NCBI GenBank assembly: GCA_963697895.1
Contig: OY969100.1
Location: 1,408,001 to 1,472,000 of the forward strand
DNA from: an uncultured Methanomicrobiales archaeon
Lineage (GTDB): Archaea; Halobacteriota; Methanomicrobia; Methanomicrobiales; Methanospirillaceae
Reading direction: 5' to 3'
DNA: 64,000 bases
The translations under genes and the position numbers were made by a program. The notes below the pieces were generated by a model, which was not told where the DNA came from, made no database searches, and worked only from the letters and a program-made list of their open reading frames with translations. Shown piece by piece: positions 1 through 10,780 of the stretch. Numbering within the stretch: the stretch's first letter is position 1; each line of letters starts with the position of its first letter.

Positions 1-719
1 TACCGGAGTAGTTCGGCACGCTGCGCGCCCACTCCCCGGGTGATATGGCACATCGCGGCTATCGGCCCGTATCCACATGCGCTGACATTGCGTTCTCTTA
101 TACGATGGTAAAATGCGGGGATATCCAACGTTTTCAACGCCTCGATCGCATAGAGATCATTGGCTTTTGCGATATCGGCCGGTACATAATGTGAAAAATC
201 GCTTGATGCGACGATAGTCACTTCCCTCCCCGTCTCGCGGACTACCCTGAGGACATCCTCTGCAAGTCGGGCCGCACTTTGTGGATCCTGATCGCCCATC
301 ATAATCGGTACAATGCGGGATCTCGGGAACCGGTATTTGATAAATGGCATCTGTACTTCCAGCGAATGTTCATCCTGGTGCGAGACCTCATCGACCTCCA
401 GATCCAGGGCACGGATAAACTCCTGATCGGGGTCGATTATTCCCAGCGGCGTCTCCCAGGGGATCAGGGAAACGCAGGTCTGGTAACCCCGGTGGCTTGG
501 CCCGATAACGATAAACGTACCGGCGAAGGAGGAGTGTACCGCTCCAAATGCATTCGCCGCTACTTCGCCCGAATAAATGTAACCCGCGTGGGGGGAGACG
601 ATCCCCCGGGCACTCATTTCGCTCTCCTTCCCCCGGAAGAACTTTTCCAGGAGCTGCTCGAGATGATTCGGGTCCCTCGGATAAAACATGCCCGCGACGG
701 CGCTCTTCCGTATCTTCAT
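1..719 (-). CDS. MEMO1-family protein (AmmeMemoRadiSam protein B), 3' end outside window
   Basis: Manual translation of minus strand: MKIRKSAVAGMFYPRDP...PHAGYIYSG...ACGYGPI; follows rps2 as is common in archaea; absent from ORF track because truncated. Confidence 0.88.
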   Translation of the reverse strand, partial: MKIRKSAVAGMFYPRDPNHLEQLLEKFFRGKESEMSARGIVSPHAGYIYSGEVAANAFGAVHSSFAGTFIVIGPSHRGYQTCVSLIPWETPLGIIDPDQEFIRALDLEVDEVSHQDEHSLEVQMPFIKYRFPRSRIVPIMMGDQDPQSAARLAEDVLRVVRETGREVTIVASSDFSHYVPADIAKANDLYAIEALKTLDIPAFYHRIRERNVSACGYGPIAAMCHITRGVGAQRAELLR

Positions 720-759
720 CGGATTACCCTTAATTTTTCTGGTATATGAGCATTCGGTC

Positions 760-1368
760 TCACAGTTCGGTTTCGAAGTCCTCGGATGTCATTGAGGTGG
801 ATATTCCCCGAAGCCGGAGCATCTCCCGTGTCAGCAGGTAGTATATCATGGAGAGCGCCTTTCTTCCCTTGTTGTTGGTCGGTATCACCAGATCGATGAA
901 ACTGGTCATGTTATTCGTGTCGCAGAGTGCCACGATCGGGATTCCGGACTGCACGGCCTCCTTGATCACCTGCGAATCCCCTATCGGATCGGTCACTACC
1001 ACGACCTGGGGTTCGATATACCCGTTCAGATTCTGATTCGTAAGCATCCCGGGGATGAACCGGCCGGTCACCGCCATACCGCCGATCGTCTCTGCAAATT
1101 TTCGTGCCGGGTACTGGCCATATTGCCGGGATGTGACGACGAGGATGTTCGGGGGTTCAAACTGGCTCAGGAATTTGGCAGCCGTCTTGATCCGCTCATC
1201 CGTCTCCCGGATGTCAAGGATATACAGACCGTCTCCTCGTACCCGGTAGATGAATTTCTTCATATCTTTGCTCTTCTGCTGCGTTCCGATATGGACTCCT
1301 GCGGCAAGGTACTCTTCCACGGGGACGAGCGGTTCTTTCAGTTCAATTTCCATTTCGTTTTCTGTCAT
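760..1368 (-). CDS. rps2: 30S ribosomal protein S2
   Basis: [30 protein letters not shown] motifs. Confidence 0.97.
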   Translation of the reverse strand: MTENEMEIELKEPLVPVEEYLAAGVHIGTQQKSKDMKKFIYRVRGDGLYILDIRETDERIKTAAKFLSQFEPPNILVVTSRQYGQYPARKFAETIGGMAVTGRFIPGMLTNQNLNGYIEPQVVVVTDPIGDSQVIKEAVQSGIPIVALCDTNNMTSFIDLVIPTNNKGRKALSMIYYLLTREMLRLRGISTSMTSEDFETEL

Positions 1369-2561
1369 GCGATCTGCTCCTCTATTCGGATTAGCTCGTT
1401 TAATTTGGCTATTCTTTCACCGCCGACCACGCCCGTCTTGATAAAGATGCAGTTGAAGGCGGTGGCAAGATGTGCAATCGTGGTGTCAGTCGTCTCTCCC
1501 GACCGGTGGCTCATGACGGTGTCCATTCCGTAGGTATGTGCGAGGCGGACCGCTTCATACGTGTCGGTCAGGGTCCCAACCTGGTTGGGCTTGATCAGGA
1601 CACAGTTTGCAGAACCCGCTTCGATTCCCTGGACTATCCGCGACACGTTCGTTACAAAGAGATCATCCCCGCAGATCAGGCAACGATCTCCGACCTGTGC
1701 GGTCAGGTCGGCAAACCCGGAAAAATCTTCCTCGTGAAGGGGATCTTCTACATACACCAGTCCAAACCGGTCGACCAGTTCAGCAATATATGCGATCTGA
1801 TCCTCGGTCGTGCGGTTTTGGGTCCGGTAATGGTAGAGTCCGTCTCCCCCCTGCCATTGCTGGCTCGCGGCTACGTCTACGCCCAGATGCACCTGGCATT
1901 CCATTGCATCGGATACCGATGCTGCGGCTTCGGTGACTATTTCAAATGCCTCTTCATCGGTTACCCTGGGTGCCCAGGCACCTTCATCGCCTTTCCCACA
2001 GGATCTCCCCCGTGTCATCAGGATCTCGTGGACTTTCCGGTGAACCGCGGCATTCGCAAAGACCGCTTCCGAAGTATCGGCGGTTCCGGTCGGCACTACC
2101 AGGAATTCCTGTATCTCAGTTGCCCCTTCCGCATGGGCACCTCCGCCGATTACATTCCCGAGCGGGAGCGGACAGCCACTGATAAAAATCCCCCCCAGGT
2201 ACTGGAAGAGATCCATATCGAGTGATGAGGCCGCTGCCTTTGCATTCGCAAGGGATAATGCAACCGCGACATTTGCACCGATCGTTCCAAAATTCCCGGT
2301 CGCATCGAGCTCGCGGAGTAATCCGTCGAACCCTATCTGATCTCCTGCATCTTCCCCAATCAGGGTGGGAATAATATGCTCACGGGCATATTCCACTGCT
2401 TCTTTCGGTTCCCGTACAACTGCCTCGAAAGTTCCGGTACTGGCCCCGCTCGGTGCAGCCGCCCTCCCAAATCCATTTTCGGTCCATATATCCGTTTCTA
2501 CCGTGCGGTTGCCCCGACTGTCCAGTATCACCCGTAGCTGGATATCCTGTATCATGGTCAT
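1365..2561 (-). CDS. eno: Enolase
   Basis: [43 protein letters not shown] motifs. Confidence 0.97.
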   Translation of the reverse strand: MTMIQDIQLRVILDSRGNRTVETDIWTENGFGRAAAPSGASTGTFEAVVREPKEAVEYAREHIIPTLIGEDAGDQIGFDGLLRELDATGNFGTIGANVAVALSLANAKAAASSLDMDLFQYLGGIFISGCPLPLGNVIGGGAHAEGATEIQEFLVVPTGTADTSEAVFANAAVHRKVHEILMTRGRSCGKGDEGAWAPRVTDEEAFEIVTEAAASVSDAMECQVHLGVDVAASQQWQGGDGLYHYRTQNRTTEDQIAYIAELVDRFGLVYVEDPLHEEDFSGFADLTAQVGDRCLICGDDLFVTNVSRIVQGIEAGSANCVLIKPNQVGTLTDTYEAVRLAHTYGMDTVMSHRSGETTDTTIAHLATAFNCIFIKTGVVGGERIAKLNELIRIEEQIA

Positions 2562-2568
2562 GGGTATT

Positions 2569-2736
2569 CTACTTCCTCTTTACGGTGATGGGGATGACGT
2601 TATGCTGGAATTCCTCGATTGCGATCTCGAGGGGGTCAATCCTGGTGGTCTTGATCAACAACGGAGCACCCATCGATATTTGCAGAGCTCTGGCTCCGAT
2701 GATCCTCGCTCTCTCATACCGGGTATACGACTGCAT
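2569..2736 (-). CDS. rpoK: RNA polymerase subunit K (Rpo6)
   Basis: Manual translation [25 protein letters not shown]...; 55 aa, below ORF-track cutoff. Confidence 0.95.
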   Translation of the reverse strand: MQSYTRYERARIIGARALQISMGAPLLIKTTRIDPLEIAIEEFQHNVIPITVKRK

Positions 2737-2773
2737 CCTCAATCCTCAAAATTCATGTCTGTTACTAATGAAA

Positions 2774-2848
2774 TGGGGTCGCTGAGATTCGAACTCAGGT
2801 CACAGCATCCCGAACGCCATAGGATAGTCCAGGCTACCCCACGACCCC
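2774..2848 (-). tRNA. tRNA-Pro (CGG)
   Basis: GGGGTCGTGGGGTAGCCTGG...TGGCG-TT-CGG-GA-TGCTG...GTTCGAATC...CGACCCCA cloverleaf; directly abuts rpoN stop. Confidence 0.93.
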
Positions 2849-3037
2849 TCACTGGTATGGGTTGATATCATCAATTATCTCCTTATGCGTCAGCAGCATG
2901 CGTCTGCAGCAGTAACGCGTAAGGCCAAGGTCATCGAGGATCTGTTTTGGATCCTCGCCCGCTTCTTTCCGGCGTTTGAACTCCTCAAACGCCGGTGAAA
3001 TGACCTTTCCGCAGGTGAAACATCGTACGGGTATCAT
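2849..3037 (-). CDS. rpoN: RNA polymerase subunit N (Rpo10)
   Basis: [11 protein letters not shown]...RYCCRRMLL; alternative TTG start at 3046. Confidence 0.96.
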   Translation of the reverse strand: MIPVRCFTCGKVISPAFEEFKRRKEAGEDPKQILDDLGLTRYCCRRMLLTHKEIIDDINPYQ

Positions 3038-3051
3038 CTGGTTCAATCCCC

Positions 3052-3453
3052 TTAACGATAAGACTTTTGGAATTTCTTCCTTGCGCCGCGGCCATGCGGT
3101 TTCTTCGATTCTTTCTGCCGCGAATCGTTAACCAGCAGGGTCCGATCAAACGTCAGGTACGTATCCTTAATCCGGGGATCATTGTGCCATTTCAGGATCC
3201 CCCGTGCGAGGGCGGTGCGGATCGCTTCGGCCTGACCCATGATTCCGCCTCCATGTACATCGATCGTCACATCCACACCGTTGACCGCATTCGGAACAAG
3301 ATTCAGGGGTTCTGAGATCTTCATCCGGACGAGATCGTTATTGCAGAGCTCGAGTGGGACAGAATTTATCCTTATCCTGCCCTTACCTGACTTGAGCGTC
3401 GCCCTGGCGATTGCGGTCTTTCGTTTTCCACTGGTATTGATTATCTTCACCAT
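3052..3453 (-). CDS. rps9: 30S ribosomal protein S9
   Basis: [32 protein letters not shown]. Confidence 0.97.
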   Translation of the reverse strand: MVKIINTSGKRKTAIARATLKSGKGRIRINSVPLELCNNDLVRMKISEPLNLVPNAVNGVDVTIDVHGGGIMGQAEAIRTALARGILKWHNDPRIKDTYLTFDRTLLVNDSRQKESKKPHGRGARKKFQKSYR

Positions 3454-3462
3454 GGTTTCACC

Positions 3463-3885
3463 TTAGAATTTTGCCCCGAGGAATGTGCTGACGGCTGCAA
3501 GCGTCACGAACTGGGGGTTGTTCAACCGATCTATGTGAGCTTCTTCAAGAGACTCCATCTCCGTACCGGAGAGTTCTCCCGGAACTCCGACGTAGATCTT
3601 GACCCGCTTTAATGCATCTGCCCCATATGGGCGTTTATAAGGGACCATTCCGCGGATTGTCCGTTTCACGATATGATCCGGCCTCCGGGGGAAGAATGGT
3701 CCTCCTTCACGTGAACCTCTGCTCCTCTTCAGCCCATAGGTGGCCAGCACCCGGGCCCTGCTTCCTGAAATGATCATCTTCTCGGCATTGACCATCGCGA
3801 TGGTCTCTCCCTGGAGCGCCCGTTTCGCTACGAGACTTGCGGTACGCCCGAGAATCAGCCCTTCACCATTGATTACGGTCACCAT
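3463..3885 (-). CDS. rpl13: 50S ribosomal protein L13
   Basis: [28 protein letters not shown]. Confidence 0.96.
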   Translation of the reverse strand: MVTVINGEGLILGRTASLVAKRALQGETIAMVNAEKMIISGSRARVLATYGLKRSRGSREGGPFFPRRPDHIVKRTIRGMVPYKRPYGADALKRVKIYVGVPGELSGTEMESLEEAHIDRLNNPQFVTLAAVSTFLGAKF

Positions 3886-3890
3886 CGTTG

Positions 3891-4256
3891 TCACCTGAGA
3901 ATCCTGATCCTGCTTCCTTTCGGATTGTTACGGAGCAGTTCCTCGATCGTCATGCACTGGCCCCGGGCATCTCGGATCTTGCACGCAGCCGATTCGCTGA
4001 AATTAAGCGCAGCCACGTTCACCGATGCTTCGAGCACACCGCTTCCGAGCACCTTGCCGGGAACGAGGATGGTCTCGCCTTCATTCGCATACCGGTTGAT
4101 CTTGGAAAGGTTGACTTCCGCATAATTTCTGCTGGGTGTTTCCAGCCGTGATGCGATCTCGCGCCAGATGTTCACTTCGTTCTCGCGTGAGGTGTCTTTG
4201 AGAAGCGTTATGAGCTGTACCAGACGTGGGTTCGTCTTCTTCTCGATGCTCTTCAT
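3891..4256 (-). CDS. rpl18e: 50S ribosomal protein L18e
   Basis: [25 protein letters not shown]. Confidence 0.96.
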   Translation of the reverse strand: MKSIEKKTNPRLVQLITLLKDTSRENEVNIWREIASRLETPSRNYAEVNLSKINRYANEGETILVPGKVLGSGVLEASVNVAALNFSESAACKIRDARGQCMTIEELLRNNPKGSRIRILR

Positions 4257-4257
4257 C

Positions 4258-5082
4258 TCATGTTCCTCCTGAAATCTCATCGATCTGTCGGATCAGGTCC
4301 TGCGACTGTTCTTTCAGATACATGAGGCCCCGCTCGACGATCTCCCGGGCAGGAAGCGAACCATCGCCTTCTACCACAAAGATGAACCGTTCGGGATTCG
4401 TGGTAACCCTGATCGCGGATTCACTCCCGATCCCGCTCGAGAGACAGGCGCGCTCGCAGAGACGGCAGAGTGAACATTCCTCCAGCCTTCCCTCGATGAC
4501 CTCCAGCTTATTATTCTGTGTACGGAGAATGTTCCGTGGGCACTCCTCGACACAGATACCGCATCCGTCGCAGATATCCCCGATGGTGATCACCGGGTAG
4601 TTTTTGTACCCGCATACGCTGGTCGGTTGCCACTTTGCGTGTTCCCTTCCGGTAGAGAGAAATGCTCGTGCCTCGATCACCACTTTCTGGTCCTTTGTCA
4701 GTTTGACGATCGGGATATTCCCGTCAGCGGGTATAGCGTTCGGATCCTGCGGGATAAGATCCTTGGATAAGACCGTCACCGGACCCTCGACGCTCATCGT
4801 GAACGTTGCCGTGCAGCCGGGACACCCTTCTCCGTTACAGGTACATTGCGACCTCGGGACATAGCAGCTCAGGTCTGTCTTTATGGGGATCAGGCCGATT
4901 CGCTGTGCCAGCACTTCATCGAAGAGGGCGCTCGTATTATCATAGATCCGGATGTCATCGATGGCAAGGGTGGGCACCTCTCCGATCATGGCTCTCCGAA
5001 TTGCATTTGCAAATGCCGGGTATATCGGCCCCAGCTGGAAACGGCATGCATTTTCATCGACCCGGGAAAATATGATCTCCAT
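4258..5082 (-). CDS. rpoD: RNA polymerase subunit D (Rpo3) with ferredoxin-like Fe-S domain
   Basis: FANAIRRAMIGEVPTLAI, GREHAKWQP; CDGCGICVEECP and CSLCRLCERAC motifs. Confidence 0.96.
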   Translation of the reverse strand: MEIIFSRVDENACRFQLGPIYPAFANAIRRAMIGEVPTLAIDDIRIYDNTSALFDEVLAQRIGLIPIKTDLSCYVPRSQCTCNGEGCPGCTATFTMSVEGPVTVLSKDLIPQDPNAIPADGNIPIVKLTKDQKVVIEARAFLSTGREHAKWQPTSVCGYKNYPVITIGDICDGCGICVEECPRNILRTQNNKLEVIEGRLEECSLCRLCERACLSSGIGSESAIRVTTNPERFIFVVEGDGSLPAREIVERGLMYLKEQSQDLIRQIDEISGGT

Positions 5083-5477
5083 TACACTCTCCTTCCCCGC
5101 CGGCCGCCCTTGGCCCGGATTGAATCGTGGGGAACCGGTGTTACGTCTTCAATGCGTCCGATCCTCATCCCCGCACGGGCAAGGGCGCGGATGGCTGCCT
5201 GTGCGCCGGGTCCGGGACTCCGTTGTTTACCCCGTCCTGGTGCCCTGACTTTAACATGGACTCCTATGATTCCCTTTTCCATCGCAGACTGTGCCACGTT
5301 CTGTGCCATCTGCATGGCAGCGTACGGAGAGCTCTCGTTCCGGTCCTGTTTGACAACCATGCCACCGCTGCTCTTGGTCACCGTTTCAGCACCGGACAGA
5401 TCCGTGATCGTGATGATGGTATTGTTGAAAGAGGCGAATATGTGCGCGATACCCCACTTCTCTTTTTCAGTTGCCAT
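5082..5477 (-). CDS. rps11: 30S ribosomal protein S11
   Basis: [32 protein letters not shown]. Confidence 0.97.
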   Translation of the reverse strand: MATEKEKWGIAHIFASFNNTIITITDLSGAETVTKSSGGMVVKQDRNESSPYAAMQMAQNVAQSAMEKGIIGVHVKVRAPGRGKQRSPGPGAQAAIRALARAGMRIGRIEDVTPVPHDSIRAKGGRRGRRV

Positions 5478-5479
5478 AA

Positions 5480-6025
5480 TCAGCGCACCACCTTCGTGAT
5501 TCTCGCCCGCTCCGCATGGTCAGACGAGGAGATCGGGGAACCTCCGTAGTATGATATCTGGGATTCTTCCGCCCGGTTTACCCGGTACCCCGGGATATTT
5601 ACCCTCCTGCCCCCGATCGCGATATGTCCGTGGGTGATAAATTGTCGGGACTGTTTCGGAGACCGGGCAAGACCCTGACGGTATACGAGGGTCTGCAGCC
5701 TCCTCTCGAGCTGCTGCTGCACCTTGAGTGAAAGGACGTTATCGATATCCGCATCCGGACCGAGGAGACCGAGACGCTGCATATGGCCGATCAATTCGTC
5801 CTTCTTGGTATCGATGATCGATGGTGCCGTCCCTGCCGACATCAATGCAAGGAGATCTCTGGCTGCCTTCCGGTACCGCCGAAGGATGCTCTGCGCTTTC
5901 CATACCTCGCGCTTGTTACGGAGCCCGTATTCGATCACGAGTCGTGTCTCTTCCTGAATACGTGACTTTTCAAAGGGGCGCTTTGGTGTCTCGTATTGTT
6001 TGTGATTCTTTCCCGGATAACCCAT
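5480..6025 (-). CDS. rps4: 30S ribosomal protein S4
   Basis: [26 protein letters not shown]. Confidence 0.97.
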   Translation of the reverse strand: MGYPGKNHKQYETPKRPFEKSRIQEETRLVIEYGLRNKREVWKAQSILRRYRKAARDLLALMSAGTAPSIIDTKKDELIGHMQRLGLLGPDADIDNVLSLKVQQQLERRLQTLVYRQGLARSPKQSRQFITHGHIAIGGRRVNIPGYRVNRAEESQISYYGGSPISSSDHAERARITKVVR

Positions 6026-6037
6026 GCCATCACCGCC

Positions 6038-6493
6038 TTATTCCTTCTTTCTCCGCACGCCGACCGTGCTCCCTGTTCTTCCTGTGGACTTTGTCCGCTG
6101 GCCGCGCACCTTCTGCCCTGTTTCGTGTCGGATTCCCCTGTAACAGCGAATCTTTCTCATAAGGTTGATGTCCTCATCGCGTGCCATGATCACATCGGCG
6201 CCGAACAGATGCTTATTTTCGCCGGTATACACGTCCTTTGGCCGGTTGACCATCCATGCCGGCACAATGGTCCCGTATTTCTCGACTGCCTCGCGGAGCC
6301 GGTCGACATGTGCATCATCCAGCTTCCCCATGATGTCTTTTTCATTGACATTCGCGAGCCGTGCAATGACCCCGGCGGTATGCCTGCCCACGCCCTTGAT
6401 ACCCGTCAGGGCCACGATAACCTTTTTCGTTCCGTCAAGGTCTGTGTTGCTGACCCGTACAAAGTATTTTATTTCTTCTTCCTGTTGTGCCAT
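6038..6493 (-). CDS. rps13: 30S ribosomal protein S13
   Basis: [28 protein letters not shown]. Confidence 0.97.
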   Translation of the reverse strand: MAQQEEEIKYFVRVSNTDLDGTKKVIVALTGIKGVGRHTAGVIARLANVNEKDIMGKLDDAHVDRLREAVEKYGTIVPAWMVNRPKDVYTGENKHLFGADVIMARDEDINLMRKIRCYRGIRHETGQKVRGQRTKSTGRTGSTVGVRRKKE

Positions 6494-6526
6494 TCCAATC
6501 CCTCACACACGGAGATATGCTCGAAA

Positions 6527-6611
6527 CGCTGAGGGAGGGATTTGAACCCTCGAGTCCCAAGGGGACACAGGTTTAGCAAACCTGCGCCATACCAGGCTTG
6601 GCTACCTCAAC
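6527..6611 (-). tRNA. tRNA-Ser (GCT)
   Basis: GTTGAGGTAGCCAAGCCTGG...CAGGT-TT-GCT-AA-ACCTG, long variable arm GTCCC-CTT-GGGAC, GTTCAAATCC T-loop. Confidence 0.94.
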
Positions 6612-6884
6612 AGAGAATCTCGCATCTTTCGATACTCGCAGCAAACATCTGCTGCTCCATGAATGGTGCTCTATAATATGTGCATAGTCTGATAATAACC
6701 CTTTGGGTTATTCCGTTCCTCCGGGCTGATGCCAGATTATCCCTTGTCGACGGCAACGATACTGCGAGTGTATAGTACAACAGAAAACAGGGCTACTGTC
6801 TGTGTTCGGATGAAGAGAACGATTTATTACGTATAAACCTTGTCAGAAACGATTCTGACCATTATTTTGGTATACGATCCTTCG

Positions 6885-7883
6885 TCAAAGTCCCTGTCGG
6901 AACACGACCCCTTTCTGCCGGTCCTTCCCGTTCACCCGGGATACACCGGAACCGATCAACCCGGATATCACGATCGGCAGGGCAATGGTTGCATCGACAT
7001 GGCACTGAACCTGGAGGGTGCCGGGAGATTCCTTCCCCCAGCTGATCGCCTCATCAAATGTGCATCCGGAAAGCCCGCCCCAGTGTGGAGCATCCGTGGT
7101 ATACTGGATCGCATAGTCATGACCGCCCAGATCCTTCTCGTGAATGGACCCGATCACCTGTGTCTGCTGGATAAAATTCTTCGGCACGCCACCGCCGATG
7201 TAAATCACTCCGGTCTTTCTTGCATCCTCGACCATCCGGGTGATCTCGTCTGCATCCAGAACCTGGTCGATATCCACGTCGAAACCTCGTCTTCGGGCGA
7301 TCAGAAGCCCGATCCCGATCGAGGAGTCACTGAGAGCCGGGATGAAGATCGGTACTTTTTCTTTTATGCAGGTGGAGATGAACGATTCGCGGCCAGGATG
7401 TTCACGAAGGAGATACTCGCCATACCGTTCAATGAACTCCCGGGAAGACCCGCGGAACGGTGCAATCGTTTCGCCGAACCCTGCAATGCCCCGGTCGACC
7501 TGGCGGAACTCCTCTTCGTACGCAAAAACATCGTAGATCCGATCGATGCCTTTCTCGTATAAATCTGCATCGTTTGCACGATGGTGCCCGAGATAATGGC
7601 GGATACCAAGATGCTCGCATGCATCATGGAAAATGTTCGCCCCGGTAGAGACCACGACATCCACGAAATGATGCCGGATCATCTCTATCAGGCACGCCTG
7701 CATCCCACCGGGAATCATCGCTCCCGAGAGGCCAAAAAAGATCGTGCAATCCGGATCCTGGACCATCCGTTTCCAGACCGCGAGCGACTCCCCGAGTTTC
7801 CTGCCCTGGAACCCGGTCTGGCTCATACCCTCCAGCAGACGATTTACGTCGTTTATTGGCGAAACAGGCGTAGTGGGCTTCAT
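6885..7883 (-). CDS. dys: Deoxyhypusine synthase-family protein
   Basis: TGFQGRKLG, VSTGAN, GGGVPKNF, GGLSGCTFDEAISWGK. Confidence 0.92.
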   Translation of the reverse strand: MKPTTPVSPINDVNRLLEGMSQTGFQGRKLGESLAVWKRMVQDPDCTIFFGLSGAMIPGGMQACLIEMIRHHFVDVVVSTGANIFHDACEHLGIRHYLGHHRANDADLYEKGIDRIYDVFAYEEEFRQVDRGIAGFGETIAPFRGSSREFIERYGEYLLREHPGRESFISTCIKEKVPIFIPALSDSSIGIGLLIARRRGFDVDIDQVLDADEITRMVEDARKTGVIYIGGGVPKNFIQQTQVIGSIHEKDLGGHDYAIQYTTDAPHWGGLSGCTFDEAISWGKESPGTLQVQCHVDATIALPIVISGLIGSGVSRVNGKDRQKGVVFRQGL

Positions 7884-8087
7884 ATACTCTTCCTGTGGTA
7901 CAATAGTTCGGGCGGGGGATTGATAAGGGTATTCAGAGAAGCCCGGAAGGAAAGAACTGATTCAACCATGTGAACATAGCATATAAAATGGGTTCCGATT
8001 GAACGATCGGCCAGTTGTTGTATAAGATTGAAACAGACGCGATAAGCCCGCAGTTGGGCAGTCAGTCGGAATGATTTTTTAAAAAAA

Positions 8088-8864
8088 TCAGAGGCCCCGG
8101 ATCATAGACGATCGGGTGATCATACCGCACAACCTTCCGTTTGCGGTGACCGGGAGGGAGCTGATGTTCTTCGCGAGCATCAGGTCGATCACATCGGGGA
8201 TCTTTGCATCGGAGCTGATCGAAACAAACGGGCTGCTCATGATATCTTTCACGAGAAGGTTCCGGACACGGTTCTCCTGGTGTCTCCCTTCAACCAGTTC
8301 CCGGAACCGCTTCATGGCGATCGCCACATCGGTCTCGGTCACAATCCCGATTGCCTGATCTTTTTCGGTCACGACGAACCGGCTGATGCAGTCGTCGAGC
8401 ATTCTCCGCCGGAGATGGACCACGCGCTCCTCGACGTCGATCGTGCAGATCGGCTCCATCATATCCTCGATATTCCCACCCGGCTGGTACTTCCGGAGGA
8501 GGTCTGCTGCCGTTACCTGACCGATGAGCCGGTGTTCCGAATCATAGACGACAACCAGTTTGTAATGCTGGAGAAGCGGGACGAGAACATCGAGATCCTG
8601 GTCCGGATACACCGTGGTGAAATCCTCCTCTACGGAATTGGCCACATGGATGGATGTGGGGGATACGACGGAGTTCTTTCGGGTCCCGAGTTTCTCCGCT
8701 ATCGCCATGCGGGAGACGGTACCCACTACGGTGTTATTGTGCGTGACGATCAGCGGATCGATCCCTTCATCGATCATTTTGTCAAGCGCCTCGGTTAGCA
8801 ACGCCGATTTGGCGATGGTGACCGGTTTTGACATAATATCCTTGATAATTAATTCACCCTTCAT
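8088..8864 (-). CDS. CBS-domain protein (two CBS pairs)
   Basis: Repeated CBS signatures (DIMSKPVTI, GIVTETD, SLPVT..GMITRSS). Confidence 0.9.
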   Translation of the reverse strand: MKGELIIKDIMSKPVTIAKSALLTEALDKMIDEGIDPLIVTHNNTVVGTVSRMAIAEKLGTRKNSVVSPTSIHVANSVEEDFTTVYPDQDLDVLVPLLQHYKLVVVYDSEHRLIGQVTAADLLRKYQPGGNIEDMMEPICTIDVEERVVHLRRRMLDDCISRFVVTEKDQAIGIVTETDVAIAMKRFRELVEGRHQENRVRNLLVKDIMSSPFVSISSDAKIPDVIDLMLAKNISSLPVTANGRLCGMITRSSMIRGL

Positions 8865-9700
8865 TGTGCCACTTTCCGTATGATATCATCCCGCTTAACA
8901 ATTCCCTTGATTTCGTCCTTCTCCATCACGACCACACTGTTGATCTGGTGATCGCGCATAAGACCGACCGCATCCCGGATCGGGAGATCCGCTTTGCAGG
9001 TGATCACCGGGCGGCTCATCAGATCCTCGGCTATCGCTGACATGTCGAGGACATACCGGAATCCCTTCCGGCCACCAGCCTCCTCCTTCCTGAGCATGGT
9101 CACTTCCTTCTCCGGGAGACTCAATTTGTCATCCTGGTACTGATAAAATGCCAGGTTGCTCTCCGTTATAATCCCTGCAAGCGTCGCATTATCATTCACG
9201 ACCACGACCTTGTCATCCCGTTCGATCATCGTGTCGATCACATGCGCGAGAGAATGGAGGCGGCTGACGGTTACCACATCTTCCATGATATCGGATACTT
9301 TCCCTGAAAGCTGTTTGACTGCGGTAGACTGCATTACATCCGATTTGGTAACGATTCCGACGACCTCCCCGGTATCGACCACGGGAAGCCCGCTGATCTG
9401 ATGATCGATCATCAGGGCGGCAATCTCACGGATGCTTGAGTCCGGATAGGCACAGATCGGATCTTTTGTCATAAAAAGGCTGACCGGGATGTGATCTATC
9501 GGACGACGTCTCCACATCGGCTCACTCTGACGAAGCCGGTATCCGATATCTTTTTTGGTTATTATACCGACCAGCTGGTTGTTTTCTATGACCAGCAGGC
9601 GGGAGATCCGGTGTTTAAGCATGAGATGTCTTGCATGAGCGACATTCTCCGCCGGCGTCACGATATAGATCGGGCTTGTCATCACGTCTGATGCTTTCAT
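8861..9700 (-). CDS. CBS-domain protein (two CBS pairs)
   Basis: DVMTSP, ISRLLV..GIITKKD, ISGLPVV..GIVTKSD, GIVKRDD. Confidence 0.9.
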   Translation of the reverse strand: MKASDVMTSPIYIVTPAENVAHARHLMLKHRISRLLVIENNQLVGIITKKDIGYRLRQSEPMWRRRPIDHIPVSLFMTKDPICAYPDSSIREIAALMIDHQISGLPVVDTGEVVGIVTKSDVMQSTAVKQLSGKVSDIMEDVVTVSRLHSLAHVIDTMIERDDKVVVVNDNATLAGIITESNLAFYQYQDDKLSLPEKEVTMLRKEEAGGRKGFRYVLDMSAIAEDLMSRPVITCKADLPIRDAVGLMRDHQINSVVVMEKDEIKGIVKRDDIIRKVAQ

Positions 9701-9706
9701 CGCTGT

Positions 9707-10648
9707 TCACTCCTCCGAGAGCGCTTTTACAAGATCGAACTCAGTTACCAGTCCGATCAGGCGGGTATCTTCAATGACCGGTAATGCCCCGACGTTTTTA
9801 TCGAGCATTTCCCGTGCAGCCTCGTAGACCGTCCGATCTGCCGTCGTCGTGTGCAGGTTCCCTGTAACAAGGAGCCGGATCGGGAGCCCCATCACCTCTG
9901 CGACATCCCCGGTGACCAGCTGATCGAACACCTGACCGGTCCCGAGGTACTTCATCACATCAGTCGTGGTGATAATGCCATACAGAACCTCATCGGATAC
10001 GACCGGGAGCCTCCGGAACCGGTGCTCGGTCATCTCCCTTGTCACGGTCCCAATCGGGCTGTCCGGGGCAGTCACCCGGAGTCTGGTACTCATCACGTCC
10101 TCGACGCTTAAACGGCTCTTCTCCAGGGCCAGTACCCTCATAACATCCCGTTCGGTAACGATTCCGACCAGGGTCTCCGCCTCGTCCACGATCGGTATTC
10201 CTCCGATCTTTTTCCCGACAATGATCTCCACTACATCGGCAATACCCGAACGATGCGAAAGGGAGGTCAGTTTCTGCGTCATTATGCTTCGAACGCTCTC
10301 ATTAATCGCAGCGAGAAGATTCCCGTCGTGCTTTACCTGAACGAGGTTGAACTTGTCGCCTCCTCCCATGAAATTGATCACGTCACCTGATGTGACGATC
10401 CCCCTCAGTTTCCTGCTTCCGGCGTCGACCACCGGGAGCCGGCGGAACCCTTCCCGGGTCATTGTTTCGATCGCACCAAGAATGGTCGTACTCGGGGGTA
10501 CGGAGATCACGTCACGCGTTGCGAGCGCCATGATCTCCCCCTCCTGCTCGACGATATGGGATTTGAAATCCACCGGGCCTCTGTCCATTTTTCCCGGCAT
10601 TTTCAGGAGTTTATCCGCCTGTTTGATCTTCCGGTCATTTTGATGCAT
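9707..10648 (-). CDS. CBS-domain protein (two CBS pairs; resembles MJ1225-type proteins)
   Basis: FRRLPVVD..GIVTSGD, GGIPIVD..GIVTERD, GALPVI..GLVTEFD. Confidence 0.9.
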   Translation of the reverse strand: MHQNDRKIKQADKLLKMPGKMDRGPVDFKSHIVEQEGEIMALATRDVISVPPSTTILGAIETMTREGFRRLPVVDAGSRKLRGIVTSGDVINFMGGGDKFNLVQVKHDGNLLAAINESVRSIMTQKLTSLSHRSGIADVVEIIVGKKIGGIPIVDEAETLVGIVTERDVMRVLALEKSRLSVEDVMSTRLRVTAPDSPIGTVTREMTEHRFRRLPVVSDEVLYGIITTTDVMKYLGTGQVFDQLVTGDVAEVMGLPIRLLVTGNLHTTTADRTVYEAAREMLDKNVGALPVIEDTRLIGLVTEFDLVKALSEE

Positions 10649-10701
10649 TAAATCAACACTTCCTCTATTTTCCTGTCAGATAATGGGAAAATCATTGTAT
10701 A

Positions 10702-10713
10702 TTGAATATTCAA
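10702..10713. promoter_or_regulatory. Perfect 12-bp palindrome TTGAATATTCAA, candidate operator
   Basis: Self-complementary 12-mer in the 132-bp gap of the CBS cluster, 54-65 bp upstream of the 9707..10648 start. Confidence 0.35.
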
Positions 10714-10780
10714 CATGATGTTCAGCCCCGGGGAATCCACGTGTGCTTTTGGACCCGGGAGAGGGGTCTTCTGTCATACC

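Noticed and set aside
279-749. 156-aa plus-strand ORF at window start
   Set aside because: Antisense to the MEMO1-family gene identified on the minus strand.
4258-5082. Fe-S ferredoxin-like domain in RpoD
   Set aside because: Already described for RpoD of several methanogens and other archaea.
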